A DNA stretch of 64,000 nucleotides from positions 35,340,001-35,404,000 of the forward strand of contig NC_082729.1 in NCBI RefSeq assembly GCF_030144855.1. The letters run 5' to 3'. Origin of the DNA: Hypanus sabinus. Its lineage: Eukaryota. Positions 47,520 through 60,264 of the stretch are shown in pieces. The notes under the pieces were generated by a model that had not been told where the DNA came from, ran no database searches, and saw only the letters and a list, made by a program, of their open reading frames with translations. Both the position numbers and the translations under genes were made by a program. Position 1 is the first letter of the stretch. Each line of letters opens with the position of its first letter.

Positions 47520-49756
47520 TGTCATATGCTGTAAGGTTTTGCTGCTAATGTAATGGTCTCTCTAATGTTTCACTGCTAAGGTAATGATTTCTCTGTAGCA
47601 GCAGTACTTGGGTTATAACTAGAAATACTGGGGGCTTTGGAACGTATTTCATCCAATGAGAGGCATGTTGTTTCTTTCATGTGGGGCTGAGAGAAGGTGC
47701 AGTATTCATGGGTTTTTGTTCAGCAGAAGATGGGGAAAGATGCCAGAACAGGGAAGTCGTAGACTACAGGACAGAGTGGACTTGGAATGGGATCAGGAGT
47801 TGATGCCCGGGGAGAAAATCATGGGAGAACAAACCAACAGGAAAACCACGAGCTCCAACGCTGGCAAATAGACTGTTTCATGAGAATGAGCCTCTTTTTT
47901 TGTTTCTTTACTGACCCTATAATCATGTTAGGAATTATGATGCTCAATCATTTAATTACATATTGTGTACTGTTTATTATTTCGAGGTCCTCAAGGAATA
48001 CTTCTTTTTGGTATTCACCAATGAGGGGGAGCTTGATGATGGTGAGGACAATATGAGTGAGGTTGATGTTCTGGAGCATGTTGATATTAAGGGAGAGGAG
48101 ATGTTGGAGTTGTTAAAATATATTAGGATGGATAAGTCCTCGGGGCCTGATGGAATATTCCCCAGGCTGCTCCATGAGGTGAGGGAAGAGATTACTGAGC
48201 CTCTGGCTAGGATCTTTATGTCCTCGTTGTCCACGGGAATGGTACTGGAGGATTGAAGAGAGGCGAATGTTGTCCCCTTGTTCAAAAAAGGTAGTAGGGT
48301 TAGTCCGGGTAATTATAGACCAGTGAGCCTAATGTCTGTGGTGGGAAAGCTGTTGGAAAAGATTCTTAGAGATAGGATCAATGGCGTTTTGAGAATCATG
48401 GTCTGATCAGGGACAGTCAGCATGGCTTTTTGAAGGGCAGATCGTGTCTAACAAGCCTGTTAGAGCTCTTTCAGGAGGTGACCAGGCATATAGATGAGGG
48501 TAGTGCAGTGGGTGTGATCTACATGGATTTTAGTAAGGCATTTGACAAGGTACCACATGGTAGGCTTATTCAGAAAGTCAGAAGGCATGGGATCCTGGGA
48601 AGTTTGGCCAGGTGGATTCAGAATTGGCTTGCCTGCAGAAAGCAGAGGGTGGTGGTGGAGGGTGTACATTCAGATTGGAGGGTTGTGATTAGTGGTGTCC
48701 CACAAGGATCGGTTCTGGGACCCCTACTTTTCATGATTTTTATTAACAACCTGGATGTTGGTATAGAAGGGCGGGTTGGCAAATTGGTGGTGTTGTGGAT
48801 AGTGTTGAGGATTGTCGAAGATTACAGAGAGACATTGATAAGATGCAGAAATGGGCTGAGCAGTGGCAGATGTTCAGCCCGGAGAAGTGTGAGGTGTTAC
48901 ACTTTGGAAGGACAAACTCCAAGGCAGAGTACAGAGTAAATGGCAGGATACTTGGAAGTGTGGAGGAGCAGAGGGATCTGGGGGTACATGTCCACAGATC
49001 CCTGAAAGTTGCCTCACAGGTAGATAGGGTAGTTAAGAAAGTTTATGAGATGTTAACTTTCATAAGTCGAGGGATAGAGTTTAAGAGTCGTGAGGTAATG
49101 ATGCAGCTCTTTAAAACACTGGTTAGGCCACACTTGGAGTACCGCGTCCAGTTCTGGTCGCCTCACTATAGGAAGGATGTGGAAACATTGGAAAGGGTAC
49201 AGAGGAGAATTACCAGGATGTTGCCTGGTTTAGAGTATGGATTATGATCAGAGATTAAGGGAGCGAGGGCTTTACTCTTTGGAGAGAAGGAGGATGAGAA
49301 GAGACATGATAGAGTTATACAAGATATTAAGAGGAATAGACAGAGTGGACAGCCAGTGTCTCGACCCCAGGGTACCACTGCTCAGTACAAGAGGACATGA
49401 CTTTAAGGTAAGGGGAGGGAAGTTCAAGGGGGATATTAGAGGAAGGTTTTTTACTCAGAGAGTGGTTGGTGTATGGAATGCACTGCCTGAGTCAGTGGTG
49501 AAGGCAGATACACTAGTGAAGTTTCAGAGACTAGTAGACAGGTATATGGAGGAATTTAAGGTGGGGTGATATATGAGAGGGAGGGTTTAAGGGTCGGCAC
49601 AACATTGTGGGCCGAAGGGCCTATACTGTTCTATGTACTGATTCATAACAGGGGAACACAGTGCAGTATCCACCCAAACAAGATTTGTCAAGTTCGGACC
49701 GGGCCAGAGGTGTCTTTCTCTAGTGTAAGTCACCAGCCGAAATTGAGGGTTACACA
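47520..49756 (+). mobile_element. Solo LTR (same family as 42168) split by a CR1 insertion at ~47986-49635, itself inserted in a minus-strand CR1
   Basis: LTR halves resemble 42168-42718; the host CR1 continues on both sides; exact 5' end and TSD unclear. Confidence 0.65.
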
Positions 49757-52549
49757 AGTATCTTTCCTGTAAAACCACAGGTTCTTGTCTTGTGAAGCAG
49801 CTTTATGTGTGGCACATTGTCAAAGCCTTCTGAAAATCGAAGTACACAAAACCCACTGGCTCCCCTTTCTCTATCCTGCCTGTTATTTCCTCAAAGAATT
49901 CCAATAGCTTTGTCAGGCAAGGTATCCCCTCAAGGAAACCATGCTGACTTGGCCTATTTTATCATAGGCCTCCAAATACCGGCAAAACCTCTTCCTTAAT
50001 AAACAGTTCCAAGACCTTCCCAACCAGTGAGGTCAGACTAACTGGCCTACCATTTCCTCTCTGTTGCTTCTTTCCCTTCTTGAAGAGTGGAGTGACATTT
50101 GCAATTTTCCAGTCCTCCAGAACCATTCCAGAATAGAGATTCTTGAAAGATCATGATTAATGTCTCCACAATCTCTACAGGCACCTCTTTCAGATCCCTG
50201 GAGTGTAGACCATCTCAACCTTATTGCCTATCCCACAGAACATTCTCTGTTAGTGATATTTTATTCTGAATTCTTTTATTATTTTACCTTGTTCTACCTC
50301 AATGCACTGTGTGTTCTGCATGAACGCTTGTAATCTACTTTGGTACATGTGACAACAGTAAAACAACTTAAGATCAACTTTATACACCTCTGCAAAGTCA
50401 CCCCAGATTCTCACCACCACCCTTCTTACGGCATGTCCACTTGCAATTACCATGCGCCAGAAGAGACCATAATAGACAATAGACAATAGGTGAAGAAGTA
50501 GACCATTCGGCCCCTCGAGTCGGCACCGCCATTCTGAGATCATGGCTGATCATTCACTATCAATACCCAGTCCCTGCCTTGTCCCCATGTCCCTTGATTC
50601 CCCTATCCATCAGATATCTATCTAGCTCCTTCTTGAAAGCATAAGACACAAGAATAGTGTCAGGCCATTCAGCCCATTAATTATGTTCTGTCTTTCCATC
50701 TTCCCATTTTCCAGCCTTGTCCCGTAACTCTTGACAACCAAGAATCTATCAGCTTCCACTTTAAATTACCCATTGACTTGGCCTCCACAGCCGACTGCGG
50801 CAATGAATTTTACAGATTCACCACTAAAGAAATTCTCCTCATCTCTGTTCTAAAGCGGTGTCCTACTCTGAAGCTGTGCCCTCTGTTCTTGGACTCCCCC
50901 ACTGTAGGAAAAATCCTCTCCACTATGTGCCTTCTCTATCTAGGCCTTTCACTATTTGGTAGGTTACAATGAAATTTCGCCCTCATTCTAAACTCCAGTG
51001 GCTTCAGGCCCAGATGTGAGGACTAACACGATGACTGGAGATGAGGGAAGACAAGGGACCAGATCAGGGTCAGGGACCAAGGGATTAGGATTAGTGTTAT
51101 AAATTGGAGTATGTGTGTGTGTCTCTCTCAGTCACTCTGTCTGCCTCTTCCTCTCTCTTTATCTTTCCTGGTGCTCACCCCCCACTCTGTCTCCCCTGCC
51201 TGCACTGACTACCCCTCTCCATTTTCCCCTCCCCTCCACCTTTCTCTCTCTCTCTCCTCCCCCCATTTCCTGGTGGCCCTCCCTCCCTCCTTTCCCCCTC
51301 CCTCTCTGCTATCCTCCCTCCCTTTCCCTCCTCATCTCCCTCTTTGCCCCTTTGTTGTTGGCCTCAAGTTCATGTTTCTGGCTCAGGGCAGCTACCCCCC
51401 CCCCCCCCCATGGGTCTTGATAAGCTCACACACTGGGTATGAAGCCACTGCACTGCATAGTGTTGTCAAGGTAATGATTGTTGCCAACTTCTACCTGTAG
51501 CCTGATCTACCTTGTTACCCCATTACTGTCCACTGAAAGGCCACTCCTCAGACGGGGTGACCATTTCGTTCACCTCTCATTCTGCTTGGAGCCTGGCTTT
51601 TTGCCTCTTCGCGGTAGAACAATGGATGGTAGAACAATGTATGTTGTTTATTTGCTGCAGTTTGAGAGAAGTAGATGACTAAACTTTCTATTTAAACTCA
51701 AGGAGCCAGAAGAAAGGCACCCAGACCATTAGGCAGTACCCAGCGATGGGGTGAACGCCGGTAGAGAGCCCTCGCTGTTCCGGCTGCGGCCCTCGTGTTT
51801 CCTGGCGAAGAACCTGCGGAGGTGCGTCGCCCTGTGGCCAATCCCCAGGGAGAGGAACTGAAGGTATCTGCAGGTCGATTTGCCCCAGTAGAGGTGCGAG
51901 CTGAAAGCAGGCCTTCCTCTTCCCGGAGTCGTCCCACAACCTCACAAGCACTGTGAGTGGGCACCTCACTCACACGCTGCTGAGGGTGAGGATTTTCTAA
52001 GCTCCATGTAACTATCCAGGATCCTCTTAAAAGACCCTTTCGTTTCCACCTCCACCTCTGTCACCGGCAGCCCACTCACCACTGTCTGTGTGTAAAAAAA
52101 AAACTTGCCCCCTTAACATCTCCTCTGTAACTGCTTCCAAGCACCTTCAAACTGTGCCCTCTCATGCTAGGCATTTCAGCCCTGGGAAAAAGCCTCTGAC
52201 TATCCACATAATCAATGCCTCTCATCATCTGGTACACCTCTATCAGGTCACCTCTCATCCTCCGTCGCTCCAAGGAGAAAAAGCCAAGTTCACTCAACCT
52301 ATCCTCGTAATTCATGCTCCCCGATCCAGATAACATCCTTGTAAATCTCCTCTGCACCCTTTCTGTGGTTTCCACATCCTTTCCTGTAGTGAGGCGACCG
52401 GAATTGAGCACAGAACTCCAAGTGGGGTCTGACCAGTTATTTGAGTTACTTTCACTAACAACGCAGGGCTGTGGGGAGAATGCGGGACAGTGGGAGCCTG
52501 GTAACTGTCGTAGGTCTGTGGGAAGAATGCGGGTCTGTGCAAGCCCCGT

Positions 52550-53060
52550 GGCTGACATAGGGCTGTGGGGAGAGAGTGGGACAGTGGGATTAGTCTGGGG
52601 ACTGACATAGGGCTGTGGGGAGAGAGTAGGGCAGTGGATTAGTTTGGGGACTGGCACAGGACTGTGGGGAGATAGTGGGATTAGTTTGGGGACTGACCCA
52701 GGGCTGTGGGGAGAGAGTGGGACAGTGGGATTAGTCTGGGGACTGACATAGGGCTGTGGGGAGAGAGTAGGGCAGTGGATTAGTTTGGGGACTGACCCAG
52801 GGCTGTGGGGAGAGAGTGGGACAGTGGGATTAGTTTGGGGACTGACCCAGGGCTGTGGGGAGAGAGTGGGACAGTGGGATTAGTCTGGGGACTGACACAG
52901 GACTGTGGGGAGAGAGTGGGATAGTGGGATTAGTCTGTGGACTGACACAGGACTGTGGGGAGACAGTGGGATTAGTTTGGAGACTGACGCAGGGCTGTGG
53001 GGAGAGAGTAGGGCAGTGGATTAGTTTGGCAAAAGGCTGTGAAGAGAGAGTGGGGTAGTA
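52550..53060 (+). repeat. ~50-bp G-rich tandem array (~10 units, GGGCTGTGGGGAGAGAGTGGGACAGTGGGATTAGT...)
   Basis: GGCTGTGGGG recurs at 52561, 52611, ~52660, 52702, 52752, 52801 and onward. Confidence 0.9.
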
Positions 53061-56000
53061 TGATTCATTTGACACGGGGCTCAGGGCAGAGAGTGGGATG
53101 AGACCATAAGATATAGGAGCAGAATTAGGCCATTTGGTCCATCAAGTCTGCTCTACCATTTCATCAATTTTCTGTCAGCCCCAGTCTGCTGCCTTCTGAG
53201 AGGAAAAGTGGAGCCGCCATGATGAAGTGGCAGAGCAGATTCAAAGGGGCCAAATGGCCTAATTAGTTTGCGGACATACAAACGGACTGTGGAGAGACAG
53301 TGGGGGACTGACACAAGAACTTACCCAAACACTGAGATGTTCCCCACACTAGGAGAGTGGGGTGCTGGCTCAGTGAGCTCTGACTTCTGATTCCTGGGTA
53401 TTGACTACACATTGAGTGAGTCCAAATTGCCAACTCCAGAGAGACCACTGCTCGTCCCAGTTACCCAGGTTAATTTGAAGGCTGAGTGAATGGTAAGGAA
53501 GGCAAATTCAACAACATCCATTTCCAGAGGGCTAGAATATAAAAGCAAGGATGTAATGTGGAGGCTTTAAAGGCCTTGGTCAAACTATATTTGAAGTATT
53601 GTGAGTAGTTTTGGGCCCCTTATGTAAGAAAGTTAGCATTGGATTGAAAGGTTGTTCACAAGCATGATCCTGGGAATGAAAGGGTTAACGTAACAGGAGC
53701 ATTTGAAGGCTCTGGGTCTGTACTTGCTGGAGTTTAGGAGAATGAGGTGGGGAATCTTAATGAAATCCATCGAATATTGTTATCTTCCTGTTCAGTCAAT
53801 CAATACCTCTTATCATCTTTAACACCTTTATCAAGTCACTTTTAATTCTTTGTTCATCCTATCCCCCTAAGGCATTCTCTTTAATCCAGGCAGCATTCTG
53901 GTAAATCCAACCTGAACCCCCTCTGAAGCTTCCATATCCTTCCTGTAATGAGGAGATCAGAACTGAATACACTATTCCAAGCGTGGTCGAACCAGGGTTT
54001 AATATAGCTGCAACATCACCCTGTGGCTCTTGAACTCAAGTGCATCAGTCTGCGGTGTGTTTGGAGTGTGGCAGGAAACGAGAGCGTTTGGAGGAAACCC
54101 ACACGGTCATGGGTGAACTTGCAGGCAGTGGTAGGGTTCGAACCCTGGTCGTGATCGCTGGACAAATGCACGTCATGTCCCTGCTCCTCTACAGCGTTCC
54201 CTGACTGCTGGAGGCCAGCATGCCACCACCCAGTGAGCATCCAGCATCAGCGACCCCTACCATCTTGGCCATGTTTGCTTCTCTCTACCACCTTCAGGAG
54301 CCTTAAGCCCCACACCACCAGGTTCAGGAACAGGTATTACCCTTCAGCCATCAAGTTCCATGGTTTACATTGATATGAGAAATTCACACTCAGAAAGCTT
54401 TCATCCATGTCTTTTTATTGATCCAATGAACTAGTAGAGGTCACGCATCAATACAGCACAGAAGTAGGCCCTTCGGCCCAACACATCTGTACCAACCACA
54501 GTGCCCATTAAGTTAGTCCCATTTGGTATGTGTCCCACAGAACCCCTCCTACCCATGTACTGACCAGCTCTATTTAAGGGCCTCCCGTCGCTCACAAAGA
54601 GACTGGTCCAAGAGTAGGAAGTTCAGCCTCACATTATTAGTCTGTAGCTGTCATGGGTCGGTCAAAGAAAGCTGTCTCAGTATCTTAACGAGGCACATTA
54701 GTTAGTTTGGATAGAAGACGGAATAGTCAGCAATTGGTGTCATGAGAGGAGTTGGCTTATTAACCTGTCGAAAGCTGCTTCTGCCATGCTGGTCATTGAT
54801 TCACCCATTCAAAGGATGAGGCAGTTCTTTTCCATTTTTTACCTTGTGCGCCAAGGCACCGGTTTCCGGTTCTGGGAGGCTCGGGGGTATAAGAATAGCT
54901 CGTGTGAGAAACTCGTTCTCTTTCCTCTGTCTCTAGGGGCTCGTTTCAGGCTGAAGCCTCAACCAGCACTGAAGGACCATTGGGAAAGAGTGTTGTAGAC
55001 AGAGATAGGTCCCCACTTTTGTTTAGTACAGTACTCATTTGTTGCATGCTTGGTTGGGGAGATTTATTGGAGTACCCGTTTCGCTAATAGAGTTACTAAG
55101 TGTTTCATATTGTGGTTCTATGTTGTTTAGGGTAGTTCAGACAAGCACTTGTTTAGCTAAATGCCTGGTTTAGTGTTTCACTGTCCGTGTATTAATAAAT
55201 AGTTAACATATTCACTCACAATCTGTGTTGCCTGGTTCACTCACTGGAACCTTGAATCTGTTATCATGTTACAATTGGAACTTTTAGGGCAATGAGCTCC
55301 TATTTTTTCTGACTTTTACATAACTGGGTTAAATATCTGAACTCCTGATCGAAAGGTCTGTTTATAATAAGGCTTGGCTCAAAATGTAACAGCAGCTTTC
55401 TCAGAAATTATGTGATTTCATAGCACAATGTTAGTGACTCATCTCAATCGCAAAGGTGGGGGAGAGTGGGGGGGGGGAGAAACAAACCATGTATGTTACA
55501 GAGATACAACGAGGAGAAAGCTTCCCCTTAGACAAGTTCAAAACAGGAAATTGGTCTTTTCATGGAAATAAAATTCATCGAACGTTCCCGATACATCGGA
55601 GTCCAGCTTCGCATTCTGTGAAGGAAGAGCGAATGAGGTTAAGTACTGAGATAACTCTGATGTTAAAAGAGGAAACATGAAATATTTCACAATTCTCAGA
55701 CGAGGGTGTTGTTTAGGAGTTCACGGTCAGGGCAGGAATGTTGGCCAAGTTGTTGTGAGGTATTTAGTGAGTAACTGGACAGAGGTTTGGTTTCAAGCTG
55801 ATTTTCCATGTATAAGATCAGGTCAGGAGTCCACAAGGCAAGAGTCCATAACAGCAGAGTTTAAGTTCCTCTGAGCTCAAAGTACGTTCATTGTCGAGGT
55901 CCATAAACTGCACTGAGGCTCATTTCTGCAGAACAGTACTGCACAGGAATTGGCCACAATGATGTGCCAAACTTGCTAAAAAGCCAATCAAAGGCACCCA

Positions 56001-57322
56001 AGCACATAGAACAGTACAGCACAGGAAAGGGCCTTCCTACACACATATATGGGAAAATAGGGATATAGTGGAATTTATGAAAAACTACACGTAACAACTG
56101 TTGTGCAAATGGAAATGAATGAATGTGTTGTAGAGTCCTGGAAGATGAGTGTGTAGGTTGTGGATTCAGTGCAGTGCTGAGCTGAGTGAAGTTATCCACA
56201 TTGGTTGAAGGGTAGTAACTGTTCCTGAACTTGGTACTGAAGGACTTAAGGCTGCTATACCTCCTGCCCAATGGTAGAGGCAAGAAGAGAGCATGGCTTG
56301 AATGGTGGGAGCCTCAGCTTTACAAGGCAGATGTGACTTTTTTTAAAACCAACTCTGAGGACCTAATCTGGTCCCAACATATTGATGCAGCTATAAAGAA
56401 GGCAAGACAGTGACTATACTTCATTAGGAGTTTGAGGAGACTTGGTATGTCAACAAATACACTCAAAAACTTCTATAGATGTACTGTGGAGAGCATTCTG
56501 ACGGGCTGCATCTCTGTCTGGTACCGGGGCGGAGGGGGGGGTGCTACTGCACAGGACCGAAAGAAGCTGGAGAGGGGTCATAAATTTAGTCAGCTCCATC
56601 TTTGGTACTAGCCTACAAGGTACCCGGGACATCTTCAAAGAACGGTGTTTCAGAAAGGCAGCATCCATTAAGGACCCCCAGCACCCAGGGCATGCCCTAT
56701 TCTCATTGTTACCATCAGGTAGGAGGTACAGAAGCCTGAAGGCACACACTCAGTGATTCAGGAACAGCTTCTTCCCCTCTGCCATCCGATTCATAAATGG
56801 ACATTGAACCCGTGAACACTACCTCACTGTTTTTTTTAATATTATTTCTGTTTTTCATGATTTTTAATCTGTTCAATATACATACTCTGTAATTGATTTA
56901 TCTATTATTATTATTACTTCTATATTATGTGTTGCATTGAACTGCTGCTGCTGCTCAGTTAACAAATTTCATGCCGGTGATAATAAACCTAACTCTGATT
57001 CTGAAAATTGCTTTGGGAGTGAACAAACTTGAGGCTGATAGAGGTGTAATTAGGCATATGGATTTAAAAACAATTGAAGGCTAGGCAGGAAGTGTTAGAT
57101 TAACCATGGAGCAGGCTAAAAGTCAGCACAAAATTGTAGAACAAAGGGCCTGTACTGTGCACAATGAATTAATCACCTTCCATTTAGGAAATTCTGAGCT
57201 AACGTTTAGTGAGACCTATTTTACACCAGTTTGTTCATCTTCTGGCCAAACTTGGGGTTTTTTTCTCTCTAATATAAACATCAGAGCTGAAATACTACAT
57301 ACAATTAACAGGTTTTTTTTAC

Positions 57323-57352
57323 CTTAAGAGGAAGGTTTCGTCAGTTCATCAG
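57323..57352 (-). CDS. Candidate last coding exon of the same gene (ADELTKPSS*)
   Basis: Acceptor ttctatgttcttcttttcag|; in frame with the preceding exon; TAA at 57326-57324 one nt before donor AAG|GTAAAA. Confidence 0.5.
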
Positions 57353-58597
57353 CTGAAAAGAAGAACATAGAATGGCCAGTGAGTCAGAAACTCTTGTGAC
57401 AGACTGGCAAGATACAAAGAGGCGGTGAAGCCTGGTTCCCTCAGCCACATACAATGTGCGGGAGGATCACAACTGGCTGAGCAGCATCTGTGGCAGGAAA
57501 GGAATCCATGGCGCTTTGAGTCCAGACCCGAAACTTCGAGGAACCTCCTTCCTCCCTCAGATGCTGTCCCGCTCCTCCAGCAGATTATTTGTTGCTCCAG
57601 ACTCTGGGACCTGCAGGCATTAAGGCCTCTTGCTCATCCCAGCTCTCCCTCTCCTCTGGACGTTGGCACAGTGTGCCTTGGCCGTTGTGAGGGGGGGGGG
57701 GCAGGGTAGTGGGAACATTTTCCACCTCTGACCCCTGACCATGACTACAAGTTGGTGGGGTGGTGGAGATTGCAGTCTGATCTAAATCCCCAAAGCAACC
57801 TCCATCACCTGCCCCCACTCAACATTCCCCCTACCCCACTCAGTCCTCCCAATCAGAGATAGAGAGCCACTCGTCCTCTTCCTCCACCTCTCCCCTCCCC
57901 TGCCCATCCAGCTTCCAATACTCGAGGTAGGAAACCAGCTTCTCCCCCTTCTCCAACCCCCTATTCCATCCCCCAACCAACCAGCCCCACAGAGGTAGGA
58001 ATCAAACTCCTCCCCTCCACCTGTCCCCCTCCCCTGTCTCCCCCTAGTTGCCATTACCTGAAGGAGGGAACAAACTCCCACCTCTCCCCACTAACCTCTT
58101 CCCCCTCCTGTCCACCTCTTGCCCCTCTGCCCTCTAACCCCACCCTGCCAGCTGCCACTACCTGCTCAGACAGCCCCCAACATCCGCCTCACCCCCGTCA
58201 CCCTCCCTCCCACCTCCGTCCACTGAACAACCACTGCGTGAGAAGGGAACCAGCTCCTTCTCCCCCCTGATGCCTCCTCTCCCCTCCCAACCGCCACTAC
58301 CTCAGGTAGGGAATAAGCTCCTCCCCCCCACTTTATAACCCCAATACCTGAGCAAGGAATCCAGCTCCTCCTCCTTCACCTCCTTGACCCTCCCTGTCCA
58401 CTTCACACCCCCCCCACCCCAGCTGCCATAACCAGAGGTAGAAACCAGTTCCTCCTTCTTTCCCCTCATCTGCAACCCCCATATCCCCCCTCTCCGTCAA
58501 CCTCCGCCCATCCTGAGAGCAAGATGATGGTGACGGTGGTTTGGCTGAAATGGAGGAGCTGGTCGCTGAGTAGTCTGGTTCACAAGCACGCCGGTAC

Positions 58598-58696
58598 CTG
58601 AACTAGCACTGGAATTGGAGACACCAGAGTCACTGGACCGCACGCTCGCACTGCATGTGTTCAACCGGCACAGCCCCGCCCGGTTGTTGAACTTCG
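58598..58696 (-). CDS. Candidate 99-nt exon of the same gene (AKFNNRAGLCRLNTCSASVRSSDSGVSNSSASS)
   Basis: (TC)n-tgcag| acceptor; donor CAG|GTACCG; phase 1-1 open; locally CpG-rich with high GC3. Confidence 0.55.
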
Positions 58697-60234
58697 CTGC
58701 AGAGAGAGAGAGAGAATGGACATCTTGTGAGTGCTGCCTGCAGGCTCCAAACTTAAGTCAAAACTTTAAGCTCTATCTGAGGTAAGTATCCCCAAGATTC
58801 CTCTTGTCCTAGACTTGTATCATCCTGCTGGCCGGTGGTGTACTGGCATCAGCACTGGACTTCGCGGTGAGTGGTTGTGAGTTTGAATCCAGCCGGCTCT
58901 TTGCCCACTTTTTATCTGCGTTGAGCTGCCAACTCTGCCTCGCAAAAAAAAAAGTCAAATGCTACAGAAACGCCAAAAATACCGCCCAATGCGCCACAGG
59001 GCATGAAATCAAACAACACCCTACCGTAAAACCATACAACCATAAGACAGAGGAGCAGAATTAAACCAATTGGCTGATTTTTTTATCCTTCTGAACCCCA
59101 TTCTCCCCGTAACCTTTGACATTCTTACTAATAACTTACAAGAACCTATCAAACCTCTACTTTAAATATGCTCAAAGTTTGGTCTCCACAGCCTCCACAG
59201 GTTAAATAAATTCCTATTCTTCAATCACTAGGCCAACATTGTTCCTTGCTTAGAAGAGGCTGAGCAAGGAATTTTGGTTCAAAGTTTAACTTCATCAGTG
59301 ACAACTCTTTGACCTTTGGAAGGGTCGTGCCGCTATAGTAGAAGGCTCAGGTTAGCAATAGACCCACCTGAGCCCTGCAAAGTGAATCGTTCATTCGTTA
59401 TGTGCCATGTCAGATGAGGTAGATCTTTCCATGATCATTCTTGCCAAATTTTTCTACAGAAGTGCTTTGCCATTGCCGCCTTCTGAGCAGTGTCTTTACA
59501 AGATGGGTGACCCCCCCCCCCAATACTCTTCAGAGATTGACTGCCTGGCATCAGTGGTCATACAACCAAGACTTGTGACCTGCACCGGCTGCTCGTATGA
59601 CCATCCACCATCTGCTCCCGTGGTTTCACATGACCCTGATCGGTGGAGTTAAGCAGGTGCTACACCTTGTCCAAGGGTGACCTGCAGGTCAGCGGAGGGA
59701 AGGAGCCTTTGGTAGAGACATTTATCCACCCCAGCACCCATGACAATTGAATTAAAACAAAAAACACAGGTAGGCCACTCAGCCCCTCAATTCCACCCTG
59801 TCAGTCATGGCTGATCTGCCCTGCACCTCCTCTCCTCTTTTCCGTGCCAGTTCAAAACAAATTTATTATTATCAACGGACGTAAACTCTTCGTCACCTTG
59901 TGCAAGTCATGCATATATTTAATATGGAGGTCAACAGGTTCTTGATTAGTAATGGCACCAAAGGTTATGGGGAAAAGGCAGGAGAATGGGATTGAGAGGG
60001 ATAATAAATCAGCCGTGATGGAATGGTGGAGCAGACTCTCAATGGGCCGAATGGCCCTGATTCTGTTCCGTTGTCTTATGGTCTTATGCCTCTGTCATAT
60101 CTTCTTCTTTCATAACTTTATACGCATGTTTCTATAAGATTCCCTCTCATTGTTCTGAATTCCAGCGAATGTAATATTGATCTAAATTCCTTCACCACAG
60201 AGACATTTTGAAGACCAGTGTTGATTTTTCTCAC

Positions 60235-60264
60235 CTGCCTGCTGAAGGTTCAGACCTTTAGCCC
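60235..60264 (-). CDS. Candidate 30-nt exon of an unidentified gene (GAKGLNLQQA)
   Basis: Pyrimidine-rich acceptor cctcttgtttctcccacag| with upstream CTGAC branch-like motif; donor CAG|GTGAGA; phase 1-1 open. Confidence 0.5.

Noticed and set aside
53325-53348. 24-nt minus-strand micro-exon with a GTAAGT donor
   Set aside because: It lies downstream of the predicted stop exon next to a satellite-like unit; a chance splice-site pair is plausible.
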